Below, in pieces: positions 24,625-37,429 of a stretch of 64,000 nt of DNA. The DNA is from Chiloscyllium plagiosum (Eukaryota). The notes under the pieces were generated by a model, which worked only from the letters and a program-made list of their open reading frames with translations, was not told where the DNA came from and did no database searches. Each line of letters begins with the position of its first letter. The first letter of the stretch is position 1. The stretch covers positions 77,722,925 through 77,786,924 of the forward strand of contig NC_057711.1 of the NCBI RefSeq assembly GCF_004010195.1, read 5' to 3'. The position numbers and the translations under genes are program-made.

Positions 24625-24780
24625 ATAAATTCTGTATCTTAAGATCTTATACTCCACAACCACCTGATGAAAGAGCAGAACTCCCAAGGCTAGTGTTTCC
24701 AATTAAACCTGTTGGACTATAACCTGGTGTTGTGTGATTTTTAACTTCGTACACCCCAGTCCAACACTGGCACCACCTAG
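24625..24780 (+). repeat. PLE-type tail module with degenerate hammerhead
   Basis: cacctgatgaaagagcagaactcccaaggctagtg..aaacctgttggactataacctggtgttgtgtgatttttaac. Confidence 0.75.
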
Positions 24781-24869
24781 TCATTACTGTTCAGGCACGT
24801 TGAATAAATCTGTCTTTCCCAAGTTTCTGATTTGTAGTTTCAGTCTGTCTCAATGTTTTTTGTTTTGTT

Positions 24870-25165
24870 GCTATCACCTTCCAGCTCAGCACTGCCCTCA
24901 TAACCTGTCCTACCTGTCCATCTTCCTTCCCACTTATCCGCTCCACCCTCCCCTCCAATCTATCACCAATACCCCCCACCTCCATCCGCCTATTGTACTC
25001 TCAGCTACCTTCCCCCCAGCCTCACCTCTCTCCCATTTATCTCTCCACCGCTGAAGCTCCCAGCTTCATTCCTGATGAAGGGTCTTTGCTCGAAACATCG
25101 ATTTTCCTGCACCTCTGATGCTGCCTGATGTGCTGTGCTTTTCCAGCACCACATGCTTGACTCTA
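24870..25165 (+). mobile_element. PLE 3'UTR and tail fragment with hammerhead motif
   Basis: Similar to 58410-58700; contains cctgatgaagggtctttgctcgaaacatcg. Confidence 0.85.
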
Positions 25166-25189
25166 ATATGCGAGGGGTCTACTCATAAA

Positions 25190-26130
25190 CCTGATAATAA
25201 CAGGGAAGAAGCTGTCCTTAAATCTGTTGATATATATTTTCAAACTTCTTTAACTACTGCCTGATGGAAGAGGGTGGAAGAGAATATAACCAGGGTGATA
25301 CTAGTCTTTGATTGTGTTGGCTGCTTTTCTGAGTCTGGAGGAAGTGTACAGTTAATTAGTGGAAGGTGGGCTGGTTTTCATGATGGGCTGGCCTGTTTCA
25401 CAATTCTGCAATTCCTCATGGTCTTGCGTAGAGCAGTTGACATACCATGCTGTGAAGCATCCAAATAGGATGCTTTCTATCAGCAAATATTGGTGGCATT
25501 GTTGCATCTTTTTGATATGGATGGACCAGGATTGATTATTGGTGATATTCCTCATAGGAACTTGAAGCTCTTGATCACCTCCATCTCAGCCCAATTGATA
25601 CAGGCTGGGGTGTGTCCTCCATGATCACCTCCATCATTTTGATGGTATTGAGGGAGAGATGGGTGTCTTTGCACCATGCCATTAAGCTGTCTATCTCTTT
25701 CCTGTACTCTGTCTACCACTACAGTGGTGTCATCAAATCTGTAAATGGAGTTAGAGTTAAATTTGGCCAAACAGTCATAAGTGTGTAAAGAGTATAATAA
25801 GGGGTGGAGCATGTAGCCTTTGAGGTGCACCGATGTTGAGGATTATTGTGGAGGAGGTGTTGCCGCATGTCCTTATTAATTATGTTCTGCAGGTCAGGAA
25901 TTTGATCCAGTTTCAGAGGGGGTAACAGAGTCCAATATCTTAGAGTTTGGAAATTAGCTCAGCCTTCATGTTTCCAACAAAACTTAAGTTAATAAATAGG
26001 AATCGGGCATAGGTATCCTTGTTAGCCAAACGTTCCAGGGATGAGTGTAGGGCCAGGAGATGGAGTATGCTGTGGACCTGTTGTGACAGTAGGAAATCAT
26101 AATGATAGAGGTCAGATCCACTGGGCATTT
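25190..26130 (-). mobile_element. Rex1/Babar-like LINE RT fragment
   Basis: ALHSSLERLANKDTYARFLFIN, LHPLLYSLHTYDCLAKFNSNSIYRFDDTTVV and IESILFGCFTAWYVNCS. Confidence 0.8.
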
Positions 26131-27437
26131 TCATTAAGGCACATTGCCTAATTTTTCTTTGTCACGACGAAACATGATCATCATTGACAGGTTCATTTGA
26201 GGCATTCAAGATGGTATTGCATGTTTATTTAAATAGAACTAATGTGTCGAGTTATGGTGAAAAGATAGGATTTTAGCACTACATCAAAATGCTCAGAAGA
26301 AGTGCAGACAGTCAGCTGAATTGCCATCTTAAGTCATTATTCACTTCAGTCATTAAGATTCATAGATTTCCTGTTCAACTTGTCACTTGTTTATTACTCA
26401 TCTGTGAAATCTACAACTTTTCACATTATTGTACCTCAAATATATGTTGTGACTTCTGTTCCCTTTGTTTTCTGACTTTAGTCCTTAGAACATCCCGACT
26501 TGGTTCAGAATCATCCTTGCTGTCAGAAACATTCAAACCAATTTTCTCTCCCAGGTTGGGAACATAACGTTAGGAAATATCCTGGCCCCGCAAACCTGAC
26601 TGGGTATAAAGTGCCCTGAAAGATTGGACTTACATTGGTATGTTGCAGGGTTTCCTGAGAGTCGGCCTGGAGAACCCAAATTAAAGCGGCGATTATTGGG
26701 CATGAAGATTGGCTATGCAAAGGCTTGTCTTGGCACTTCAAAGTTTGATAAAGTTAGTTGTTAAAACAGGAAACAGCCCTCCTTCACATCTGAGCATGTC
26801 CTATCCATGCCAATTTAACACCAGATCATTCACCTTACAATCTCTGAACCAACTTAGCCTTCTACCCATTCATTTCTGTAGTTGCAATGCTAATTTTGCC
26901 AGAGAACTGCAGGCTGCGCAGGATGACGCGAGAGCTGTACGACAACGTTAAAATAACATTTATTTGTTGCTATAATAAGGTACTTTTTTGGAACTTAGTT
27001 GCTTGTGGGAGATTTGTATGTTTGACTATGTAAAGGAAAATCTGATGATTTGAGAGCTGTAAGGAATAGATCAAAAATTTATTTTCCAGATATGCAGCAG
27101 CTAGCTGGTATAATTAATGATATATTTGCTAAAACAAAATGAGGGACTGCCAATTTATAACGGAGATTAGAGTGACAAGTGTAAAAAGGGGAATCAAACA
27201 GAATGGGCCAGAAGTATATTTCTTAATGAGCTCTGGATGCCTTTGAAAAGTTGCGTACAAACTGCAGCTTCCAACTGTAACTTGAACAGCTTGTGACATC
27301 AAACCAAACTTTAGCACAAAAATAAGTCAGTTTAGTCTCTGAACCTCTATTTCTGAATATATGCAGCTCAGGTGTTCCTCAGGCACCTATTATAATGCTA
27401 TTTTTCATAATTTAGTCTGTTATTCTTTACGTTATAG

Positions 27438-27497
27438 ACAACAGATGAAAGATGGAATCCATGCTTGCATGATCAGTGTGAACATACCTTCAACAAG
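27438..27497 (+). CDS. VPS13A: VPS13A exon (exon 8 equivalent), 60 nt
   Basis: atag|TTDERWNPCLHDQCEHTFNK|gtaa. Confidence 0.95.
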
Positions 27498-27588
27498 GTA
27501 AAACAAGTTATAGTTTGTAACATAAATGCAAATAATAGGATTTTGTGATATTTCTAAATTAACTGTTTTTATGTATTTATTATTTTAG

Positions 27589-27669
27589 CTTGTTCGATTA
27601 GACTACCTCTGTGCATATTGGAATGTCAGCACCAAAATGTATTCAAAAAGCCATCAGATTCAGGCTTTG
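27589..27669 (+). CDS. VPS13A: VPS13A exon (exon 9 equivalent), 81 nt
   Basis: ttag|LVRLDYLCAYWNVSTKMYSKSHQIQAL|gtgagt; preceded by a 91-nt intron. Confidence 0.95.
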
Positions 27670-28369
27670 GTGAGTTGACTTTATATGGTAAATATTCTAA
27701 TTCTGTGCTTCTCGCTCACTGGGTGCATCCCTTATGCATCCCCTCCCTTCCTCCCTCACTCCCTCCTTTCGTGCCTCCTCCCACTTTCCCTCTTTCACAC
27801 GTCTGCTCCCTCCCCCTTTCACAGCCTACTCTCTCCCTCCCTCCCTCTCTCAAATGATGCAGTGTAGAATACAACTTAGTCTATTGTACCCATGCCAGAT
27901 TTTTGCCAATCATACTGTAAAATTATCTTTTCAATATTTTTCTAATTCCACTGAATCTGCTTCATTCATATTTTGAAATTGTGAAGTCCAGATCTTCAAA
28001 ACACCACACATTTTTAGAAAAAGCAAATTGTTTTATGTTACTCTGGAGCTTTTACCAATGTCTTTTTTAAAAAATGTGTGTTTTCTAGTTTTTGACCATT
28101 CTGCCACAGGGGACAAATTCCCTGTTTTTACTCATTGAAATAACTTCCAAGGTTTTGCATCCCTCGTAGTATTCTTGTAAATATCCTCCTGCAACCTGTC
28201 TGAGGCCTTAACATTTTCTTAAATGTGTTATGGCAAATTTGACAATATGACCTCCAACCTTTTCTGTCTTGAAGTGCAAAGGCAAATAAAACAGATCTTT
28301 GAGCGTACATAATTATAAGAATTTTATCCATCAGTTCGTATTGTTGTATTGAAAAGGAACATTTCATAT

Positions 28370-29575
28370 GACCATACAAACTAGATTGAGTTTTTTGAAG
28401 AAGTAACAAAGAGGATGGATGAGGGCAGAGCGGTAGATATGATCTTTCTGGACTTCAGTAAGGCGTTTGACAAAGTTCACCATGGGAGACTGGTTAGCAA
28501 GGTTAGATCTCACGGAATACAGGGAGAACTCGCCATTTGGATATAGAACTGGCTCAAAGGTAGAAGACGGGGTGGTGGAGGAGGGCTGTTTTTCAGACTG
28601 GAGGCCTGTGACCAGTGGAGTGCCACAAGGATCGGTGCTGGATCCTTTACTTTTTGGATGTGAGCAAAAGAGGTATAGTTAGTACGTTTGCAGATGACAC
28701 CAAAATTGGAGGTGTAGTGGACAGTGAAGAGGGTTACCTCAGATTACAACAGGATCTTGATCAGATGAGCCAATGGGCCGAGAAGTGGCAGATGAACTTT
28801 AATTCAGATAAATGCGAGGTGCTGCATTTTGGGAAAGCAAATCTTAGCAGGACTTATACACTTAATGATAAGGTCTTAGTGAGTGTTGCTGAACAAAGAG
28901 ACCTTGGAGTGCAGGTTCATAGCTCCTTGAAAGTGGAGTCGCAGGTAGACAGGATAGTGAAAAAGGCATTTGGTATGCTTTCTTTTATTGGTCAGAGTAT
29001 GGAGTACAGGACATTGGTTAGGTCATTGTTGGAATATTGTGTGCAATTCTGGTCTCCTTCCTATCAGAAAAATGTAGTGAAACTTGAAAGGGTTCAGAAA
29101 AGATTTACAAGGATGTTGCCAGGGTTGGAGAATTTGAGCTATTGGGAGAGGCTGAACAGGCTGGGGCTGTTTTCCCTGGAGCGTCGGAGGCTGAGGGGGC
29201 ATCTTATAAAGGTTTACAAAATTATGAGGGGCATGGATAGGATAAATAGACAAAGTCTTTTCCCTGGGGTGGGGGAGTCCAGAACTAGAGGGCATAGGTT
29301 TAGGGTGAGAGAGGAAAGATATAAAAGAGACCTAAGGGGCAACTTTTTCACGCAGACGGTGGTACGTGTATGGAATGAGCTGCCAGAGGAAGTGGTGGAA
29401 GCTGGTACAATTGCAATATTTAAAAGGCATTTGGATGGATATGTGAATAGGAAGGGTTTGGAGGGATATGGGCCGGGTGCTGGCAGGTGTGACTAGATTG
29501 GGTTGGGATATCTGGTTGGCATGGACAGGTTGGACCGAAGGGTCTGTTTCCATGCTGTACATCTCTATGACTCTA
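28370..29575 (+). mobile_element. CR1 LINE, 5'-truncated, young family
   Basis: DFSKAFDK, SGVPQGSVL and FADDTKIGG; 293-aa ORF 28615-29496; tail atctctatgactct. Confidence 0.95.
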
Positions 29576-29990
29576 ATGTTGGATTTATTTAAATGAATGC
29601 GGGAATTATCTTTTAATGTTAAACTCATGCAGCTTTTGAACAGTTGACTTGCACCACCTTGTTTAACATTAAGCAGGTATTTCCGAGATCTTCAAGCAGT
29701 TGGGATGCTGTATTACTTCCTGGATTTCGGAATGATTTTTGTAGTCTCAAATTACAATGGCAGTTTGTGGCATATTTTTGAAAATCTCCTGCAGCTCAAT
29801 TATTTACACTAGGGACTAAATTCAGATTAAGCAAATACATTTCACTGAAGATGTATAATTTGTATATTCTGTTGAACAGATGGTCTAACTCCTTTAAATA
29901 CACAACCTTTTAAATGTATTTTATTCTGATAAGTGTGAACAAATGCTATTGCTAGATGTTACTGTTTAACATTAAAAATTATCTTTTCAG

Positions 29991-30048
29991 AAAGACTTAA
30001 AAAATGGAGTTTCAACAAGCAACTTTATTCCAGAGACTTACCAGTTCA
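29991..30048 (+). CDS. VPS13A: VPS13A exon (exon 10 equivalent), 58 nt
   Basis: ttcag|KDLKNGVSTSNFIPETYQF a|gtaag. Confidence 0.93.
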
Positions 30049-31489
30049 GTAAGTTGCACGTTTTTATCGTGGTATGCTTTTTAACATAACAGAATACCCT
30101 TAGGCACTTCGTAGTTATTGCTGTATCTTCCAAAGGAATACCATGTATTACACTAATCAAAAGTTAGCTTATAGATAGAAATAGAAATATGGAAAGTATA
30201 AAGATTAAATTTTGGAAAAATGCCAGATTCTTAATGAAAACTAATCAAACTATCTAGCTACATAAGGATAATGAACCAGTTGTTGTGGTCTACCCTGGAA
30301 CCAGAAATATATATTCCTGCGAAGAATCTTGTGCACTAAAATAAAAAAACAGAACTTCTCTGGTAGTAAAAACAAGAAGCGCTGGCGAAACTCAGCAGGC
30401 CTGGCAGCATCTGTGAAGAGAGAAACAAGATTAATGTTTCAAGTTCAACATGCTCGAATGTTATTCCCGGTCTGCTAAGTTTCTCCAACATTTTTGTTTT
30501 TATTTCAGATTCCCAGCATCTGCAGTATTGTTTGCTTGTTCTCTCATTGTGATTTTGTGGGTTATTATCTGAGCAATGAAATATTTGGGACAACATCAAA
30601 TGGATTGGAGAAGTAATTGTTTGAAAGTCGATTTCCACTTCATGGGACACTACATCATGCGGGAAAGAAAAGAGCTGTACTAATAGAATGGGCTAGAACC
30701 AAGGTTATTAAATTCCTTTGCTTAAAAACAAGCTGCATTTAGTTTCTTTTCCCTGCCATCTTCAGTGGTGCCCACCTTAGTTGTTTCTGCAAGAAATTCT
30801 TCCCTTCAGCTATCAGGTTGCGATTTATATGGTTGTGTAACCAGTTAGGTAATTCTGTTTGTTTAAACGTTCACAGCCAATATATTCTTTCTGAAGTTCA
30901 GCTTTTGTAGCTGAATGTAGCATTTCCTTTGGAGTCTGATCAAGACTTTGCAACTGAGACCTAACTTCCTTCACCTTATAATTCAGTCCTTTAGAAATCA
31001 TGATTCCATTGATCTTTTGAGTACTTTCAGTAGCTCTACATAGGTATGAATGATGTTTGTACAAGGATGCAGAATTTCCTTTCTTATTCCACAGCTCACA
31101 ATATATTTATGATAAAGAAAAATTCCAGTTGAATCCAAAGTGAATGGCCTTTCTGTTGCCTGCATTGAATTGTCTGTCATAGATACTTTGTTTGAATACC
31201 AATGCTGTGCTGCTTTGTAACTTCCCTGCTCCTATTTCTGCAACTCTGAACCTCCTAGCTTAGACCCCGTGTGTAAACTTGGATTGGCAACTTTCATCAT
31301 ACATCCAACTCATTAAGATTTCGGCAGAATATTGTAGTTGTACAAATATGACATAGAAATATTCAGCAGATTGGATAACATCCATGGGAAGATAAAGAAT
31401 CAGTGATACATATGTAAGAGTTTCAAGCATCAGTTTGTTCTCTGTTCTGTCCATAAAAGAAATTATGTACTTTAAGAGGCCTGGAATGC

Positions 31490-31800
31490 AGGTAGAGGCC
31501 ATTCAGCCCATCGGAACTGCACCAACCCTCTGAAGAGCATTCCAACCATCTGAAGAGCATTCCAACCAGATCCCTCACATCCTTATTTTACCATGGCTAA
31601 TCTACCTAGCCTGCACATCACGGCAATTTAACATGGCCAGTGCACCTAACCTGCGCACCTTTTGGACTGTGCGACAAAACCAGAGGACCTGGCAGAAATC
31701 CATGTAGATGCTGGGAAAAAGCGCAAACTCCACACATAATCACCCAAGACTGGAAATGAACCTGGGTCCCTGGAGCTGTGAAGCTAACCTATTGTACCAT
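31490..31800 (-). mobile_element. HE1/V-SINE-type SINE, diverged, with an internal 20-bp tandem duplication
   Basis: V-domain remnants; tctgaagagcattccaacca occurs twice in tandem at about 31529-31568. Confidence 0.8.
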
Positions 31801-32760
31801 TGTACTTGCTTCACAAAAAGCTTTTTATAAAGTTGAAGTTTTTTTTAAGCAGGAGGATAACAAGTTATGCTGTCTAATTTCTCATTTCTCATTGGTTTAA
31901 TGCTGGTTGAGAGTGAGTTGATCTAGTCAGGGTACTGTTAGCACCCTGCATTAATTTTTGGGCAGTGCATCTTGGGGGGAAAAATAAGCATTTGATTTGA
32001 ACGTACAGTGCAGATTTGTCAGAATGGTACTAAAACTCTATAGGTTAAGCAATGAGGACTGGTTGCATAGTTATTTTGTTCTTAAATCGATGGCGGTGTT
32101 TCAGGGTTCCATAAAATAATTGGGTTTGGCTAGAAGTGATCATGCTCTAATTAGGAGGCAAAACCAGTATGGTTGCCACATTTGCAGTACAGAGTGGGTT
32201 GGCGTCTCACCTAGGAGGAGTTTGCAAACAGACAAGTGTCGAGAGTGGTACTCAGTTCATCAGGCAGACCTGCAGTTACCAAGAAGTGTTGGGTGTCAGC
32301 TGAGTTCAGCGTTGTTTGAGAGGGGAATTTTTAAACTATTTGAGCATACATATTGTGTTTCGAGAAGCAGGAGCACCCATCTCACTGTTAGTTGTGTGCA
32401 CATACATGTTTTCCTTGATTTTATGTATGAGTGCAAGTAGTTTACTGTGACATTTGTGCAAATATTGACTATTTTTACTTTCTAGCTACATGTCATTAAG
32501 AGATCAGAAATTGTGTGCAATCTAATGATACAAAGGAGTATTAGAAGTCCTAGGCGGCTGTATTCCTTTCAAGGGATGTTGCCCCATGATGGTTTCCCTG
32601 AGCTGTTGAACTTCTTTCAAAGAATGAGGAAAACTCTTTCTGAAAATGAAAGGACATAAATTTATCTTGTTTTTGACACTTGGATACTCGCGTAATTTGA
32701 TAAACCAAAGTTTCTATGCAAAATTTGAGCTAATACACCTTTCAATTTTTTTAACCTAAG

Positions 32761-32888
32761 TTTTTCAGCCATTATCTGCCCAAGCTAAACTTGAAATGAA
32801 TCCACGGGCAGAAGTTGACTTTGCTTCACCAAAAATGAACTTCCAAGTAAACATTCAAGATATAGCGATCGAAATAAAAAGACCTCAG
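32761..32888 (+). CDS. VPS13A: VPS13A exon (exon 11 equivalent), 128 nt
   Basis: taag|(I)FQPLSAQAKLEMNPRAEVDFASPKMNFQVNIQDIAIEIKRPQ|gtaa; this start is required to keep phase. Confidence 0.93.
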
Positions 32889-33054
32889 GTAATAATTGTG
32901 GGTTCACAGTTTGCTTGCCCTCCAGCTTATGCTGTTGAATTTGTTTCATATGTAGTACATTTCTAAACCTTACTTATTTCAGAGAATGTGTTTTCAGATT
33001 TGCAAATCAATGCAGTGAAACACTTCTGATGAAGTGAAACGAAAGCAGAATAAC

Positions 33055-33150
33055 AATTCTGAGGAAGGGTCTCTAGATTGGAAATGTTAACTCTGATTTC
33101 TTTTCACAGACATTGCCAGACATGCTGAGCTTTTCCAGCAATTTCTAATT
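33055..33150 (+). repeat. PLE-type tail module (ctgaggaagggtc family)
   Basis: ttctgaggaagggtctctagattggaaatgttaactctg..gccagacatgctgagcttttccagcaattt; related minus-strand copies near 7575-7690, 41170-41290, 54675-54775 and 59095-59190. Confidence 0.7.
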
Positions 33151-33239
33151 TCCAACGTTAATGGTTCTCTCTTTTTATTCTGAAGTGGTGAAATGTGGTC
33201 ATGCCCTCTATGTTACTTCTGGGTGTAGAATTTATGCTA

Positions 33240-33735
33240 AACTTAAATATGTGCAGTTCTATCAAAAGAATGCAATTGTACTGGAGGGAATGGAAAGGAG
33301 ATTCACAAGGACGTTGCTTTGGAGGAGCATTTCAGCTGTGAAGAGAGACTGGATAAGCTTGATTTGTTTGGAGCAGAGAAGGTTGTAGATGGTTACCTAA
33401 TAGAGGTATGATTAAAATGAACAAGGTTAATTAAAAGCAGCTATTCCCTTTTAATCGAAGGGTCAATTTCAAGATTTTGAAGTTAAAGGCAGGAGTTTTG
33501 CAGGGGTTTTGAGGAAAAAACCAGAAGGTAGTGGTCTGTAATGCATTGCCTGGGAGGGTTGTTGAACTGGTGAAACCTCAACCTTTTAAAAATAATACTT
33601 GGATGAGTACTTAATGTGTCATTGCATCAAGGCTACGGATCTAGCGTGGGGAAAATGGGACTCGCTTAAGTTGTCATATATTTTTGGTGCAGACTTGATA
33701 GGCCGAAAGGCAACTTCAACACTGTATGACTTTGA
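33240..33735 (+). mobile_element. Old CR1 3' fragment
   Basis: LKYVQFYQKNAIVLEGMERRFTRTL.. and tail ggccgaaagg..ctgtatgact. Confidence 0.75.
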
Positions 33736-36700
33736 ATGGTAAATGAACCCACATTTGTTGCAATAAAATATTTCTGTATTAAAATATTTGTTAAAGTTTT
33801 AACAAATAGGCGACTCTGGCTGAATCATTCATATTTGGGTAGACATATGGCCATGGACAGGTTGTACATCAGAGCCCAATAACCAGGAACAAAGCTTTAA
33901 GGGTCCTGCTTTGGTGAGGCCAGGAATGACAGTGGGATTCGTGACTTTTATGCCCTTGCTTTTTTACATTTTGCAAATGTTTTCAGAATGAAGCAGGTTG
34001 CATGTAGACATGCCAAATTCTTCAGAATGTTCTGACTTTTATTTATGACTATATTTAAGTTAGAGGGTGCACTTGAAATTCCTCGTGGTTGCTAAATAAC
34101 TGCTGTTGTCTTGTAAAATAGCTGAGAACTTATTTAACAAAAGAATTGAATTATCAAAGAATTGCTTTTGTAGGAAAGCACGATCAATGGGATTTAGTGT
34201 GTTTAAGGGTGTTTGGGGTGTGGGGCGGCTGGGCGAACTCTGGGAAAACTAAACTTGGCTCAAGTTCTTGTAAAAGAGACTTGACGTATCAGACTTGAAT
34301 CGTTGTGGTTTGTTGCATGTTTCATTAAAGAATCAAAAGTTGGTTATTCAGCTACTTGAGTCTATTTTAAGTCATCTGGGCTTCTTTTTAACCTGTCAGC
34401 TGTCCATATGCTCGGACATTGTTTACCTAATTTCAAAAGTACTAGTCTTCATTTTGAAAGTTTCGGTTAACCAAACATTTGCACTTCTTTAGGGGTCCAA
34501 ATTCTAACAAGGCCTATTGTGTCAAAAAGTGCTGCTTGAGTTAATTTATAAATTCAGTAGTTCTATTTTTAGAAGATGCCTCCCTGGCTTGGATTGCTCT
34601 ACCAGAGGTAATCGTCCCTTTGCCATCCACCATAGTGAATCCCTTTGATTAATAATAGCATCCCTCAACTTGAAACTAATTAAATATAAACCATATTTAT
34701 TGTTCATTTAATTTAATTCTTTTTAAACCTTGGTACCCTCTGGTAAATCTACATACCAGAGCTATTCTTGTAGTTTCCTGTAGGATTGTGAATACAAAGA
34801 CTTGCCTGATCAATATTTATTCAACAAATCTATGTAAACAATGAGTTTGGTGTATTGATTGTTGCACATAATAAATCATTCTGAATTGTGAACAAGTGCG
34901 TCTTATACTCAAAAACTCTTTCAAGTTTCCATAGTCTCCTGTGAAGTCCATCTTTGATATAGTTCTGTAAGGCGACCATATAATTCTTTGCCCACTTTGT
35001 GCATGCACATATTGTTGTTCAATCTGTTCGTGGAGTTTGAAATGTTAGGCTGGGGTCAACACTTCATCTGTGCTTTGGAGTTGTATTTCTTCCAGTTACA
35101 TTAAGTTAATTCATTTCTAACTGGTAATATGCTAGAATATGTTCCATCTGTATTATCAGCAATGTTTTTATGTTTCTGTCCACATGGCTAGCCTTAATTA
35201 TCTTCAGTCACCTGATTCAATGTTAATTTAAAATCATTTGCCTACAAAACTAGTTGGACTTTATATTAACTATAATTGTTTGCTGAGACTATTTGTTTTG
35301 GCACACATCTATTTTATATCCCCTACAAATGTATTATATATATATTGAGCAAATACTGCTATAAATCTGAATAAAGCCACAATACCTGAAATATGCAGCA
35401 AGTCTGGCAGCAACCCCTACTCCCAATCCAAACTCTGCGACACATCTGAGCATAACCAGGTCCCTGCACCCAGTGCCAATATTTCAACACCTTCCATCTT
35501 GTACCACAGAATTTACAGTGGGCAGCTGCTTACCTGAGTTGCAACATAAAGCATAAACAGATGCCTGCCACCTTTTCAAACAACCTTGAACTGGTTGCCA
35601 AAGATTCTCATGTGACACTATATTTTTATTTAGAGGGAAAGACATCATTGAAACCTTGCATATTCGTGTAGCCATTGCACAGGAACCTAGGATCAAGAGT
35701 GGGCCATTCAGCTCTTCAAACCTGAACCGTCAATCAGTTGGATCATAGCTGATCATGTCCCAATGCTTCTTTTCTACAACATCCTTATATAGCATGACAT
35801 TCCAAGTAGCCACAAATCTACTGATGTGTGACTTTGCTTATACTCAGTATTTGAGCTTCCACATTCCTCTGGGGTATGGAATTCCTACTCCTCATAGTCT
35901 AGATTGGCCTCAGGAGGCATTCTATCAACATCCACACCATCAGAACCTGTAACAAAAAAAAAGGTTGCAATTAAGTGGTAGAATGGATGAGAAGATGCTG
36001 CTCTCCTGAAGGTGACCTGAGGCAAAGGATTTGGATTAACTAGGGCACTCCTTCACCATCTAGCTTTGTAAAATTTTGTCCATGCCTCCTTTAGGGGTAG
36101 GGGCTCTAGGGAAGTGGATGGGAGTCACAGGGGTGGAAGGAGGTTATGAATTCACACAATGATCTGATGACCTCACTGAGCTATGGGTCCCACACACACT
36201 ACCTCTCAATGGGGTCTTGGTCCTCACTTGCCCACTTTCTTTCACTCTCTTTCTCTTTTCCTCCTTGTTCTCTTCCTCAGCCTTCCTTCCTCCTCCCACC
36301 TACTAGATCCTTCTTCCTGTGGCCCTTCCATATGCCAATGAAGTGGTTAAGTGATTAACTTATCAGTATTTCTGTAAAGATTTTTAAAAAAATATGAAGG
36401 AGGCATCATGGAGAGTACTGGGGTTTTCTTTTCCTTGGATAGCTTTATAAGTGAGCAGAGTAAATAGTTGTGCATTTGGCTTCAGATAGAATATACTGGA
36501 ATGGATATTTCTTTTTGGCTTAGGGAAGCACTCAGCTTGAAGTAAGTCCTTTTTGATTGTAGTTTAGAGTTCTTGCCTCAAATTCATTTTGGAAAATAAT
36601 TGCTCCCTAAAGTCAGGAGAGAGTTTAGAATTGTTAATAAATAGATTACCGAGTGTAAGTAGGGTATTTCCAAACTTTTTGACCAGAAGGGTTTGGTTAA

Positions 36701-37152
36701 AAGCCTTAAACAGATTGTTTGAAACAGAAAAAGTCTAAGCTTGGTTATATAAAGAATTTGGGAAGAAGCTATCTTATTTTCAAGGCCATAAATTGAGGCA
36801 TCAGTTAAATTGAGCCTTGTAGATGTGATAGAGAAGGAAATTCTCTCTATTGTGAGTCTTGTGAAGAAGTATTTTTGGCATTAATGGGATCCAATTTTAT
36901 TGTGTTTTAAAATATTTAAACTTGTGATACTGTTAATTTTTTTTGCACAGTAAGCTTGCTGTTATTTGATAAAACCATGTCTGCAGCATTATGTGTTTGC
37001 TTCAATGGAAAAAAGATAACCTCGTTAAAAACTAATGTTGTATAAAAGCAAGATTTATCCTGGGATCTGACTTGTTCAATAATAGCATCAGTTGGAATCA
37101 TAACAGTATGTTGTATTTTCATAAAAAACCTTATTTCTTTTCCTTTGAACAG

Positions 37153-37259
37153 TATCTTAGCATCATGGAACTACTCGGATCAATTGATATGATGACACGA
37201 AATCTGCCATATAGAAAATATCGGCCAGGTGTTCCCTGTCGCAACAATGCTAAGAAATG
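37153..37259 (+). CDS. VPS13A: VPS13A exon (exon 12 equivalent), 107 nt
   Basis: acag|YLSIMELLGSIDMMTRNLPYRKYRPGVPCRNNAKK tg|gtaa. Confidence 0.96.
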
Positions 37260-37429
37260 GTAAATATTTAAATTTTGCTGTTTTGGAAGCAAATACGGTT
37301 ACTTGAAAGATCATGGTATAGAAAGTTTTTTAAAAATAATGCGGAGAGAACTGGACTCTGACAATGTCTATACATTGAAGTATTATATTCACTGAAGTGT
37401 GTAAGCCTAATATTATTGTCTAGATGGTA

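Noticed and set aside
36366..37109. Possible LTR remnant ending CATAACA just upstream of the exon-12 acceptor
   Set aside because: No convincing TG start or matching inverted terminus; the GTAT TSD match could be chance.
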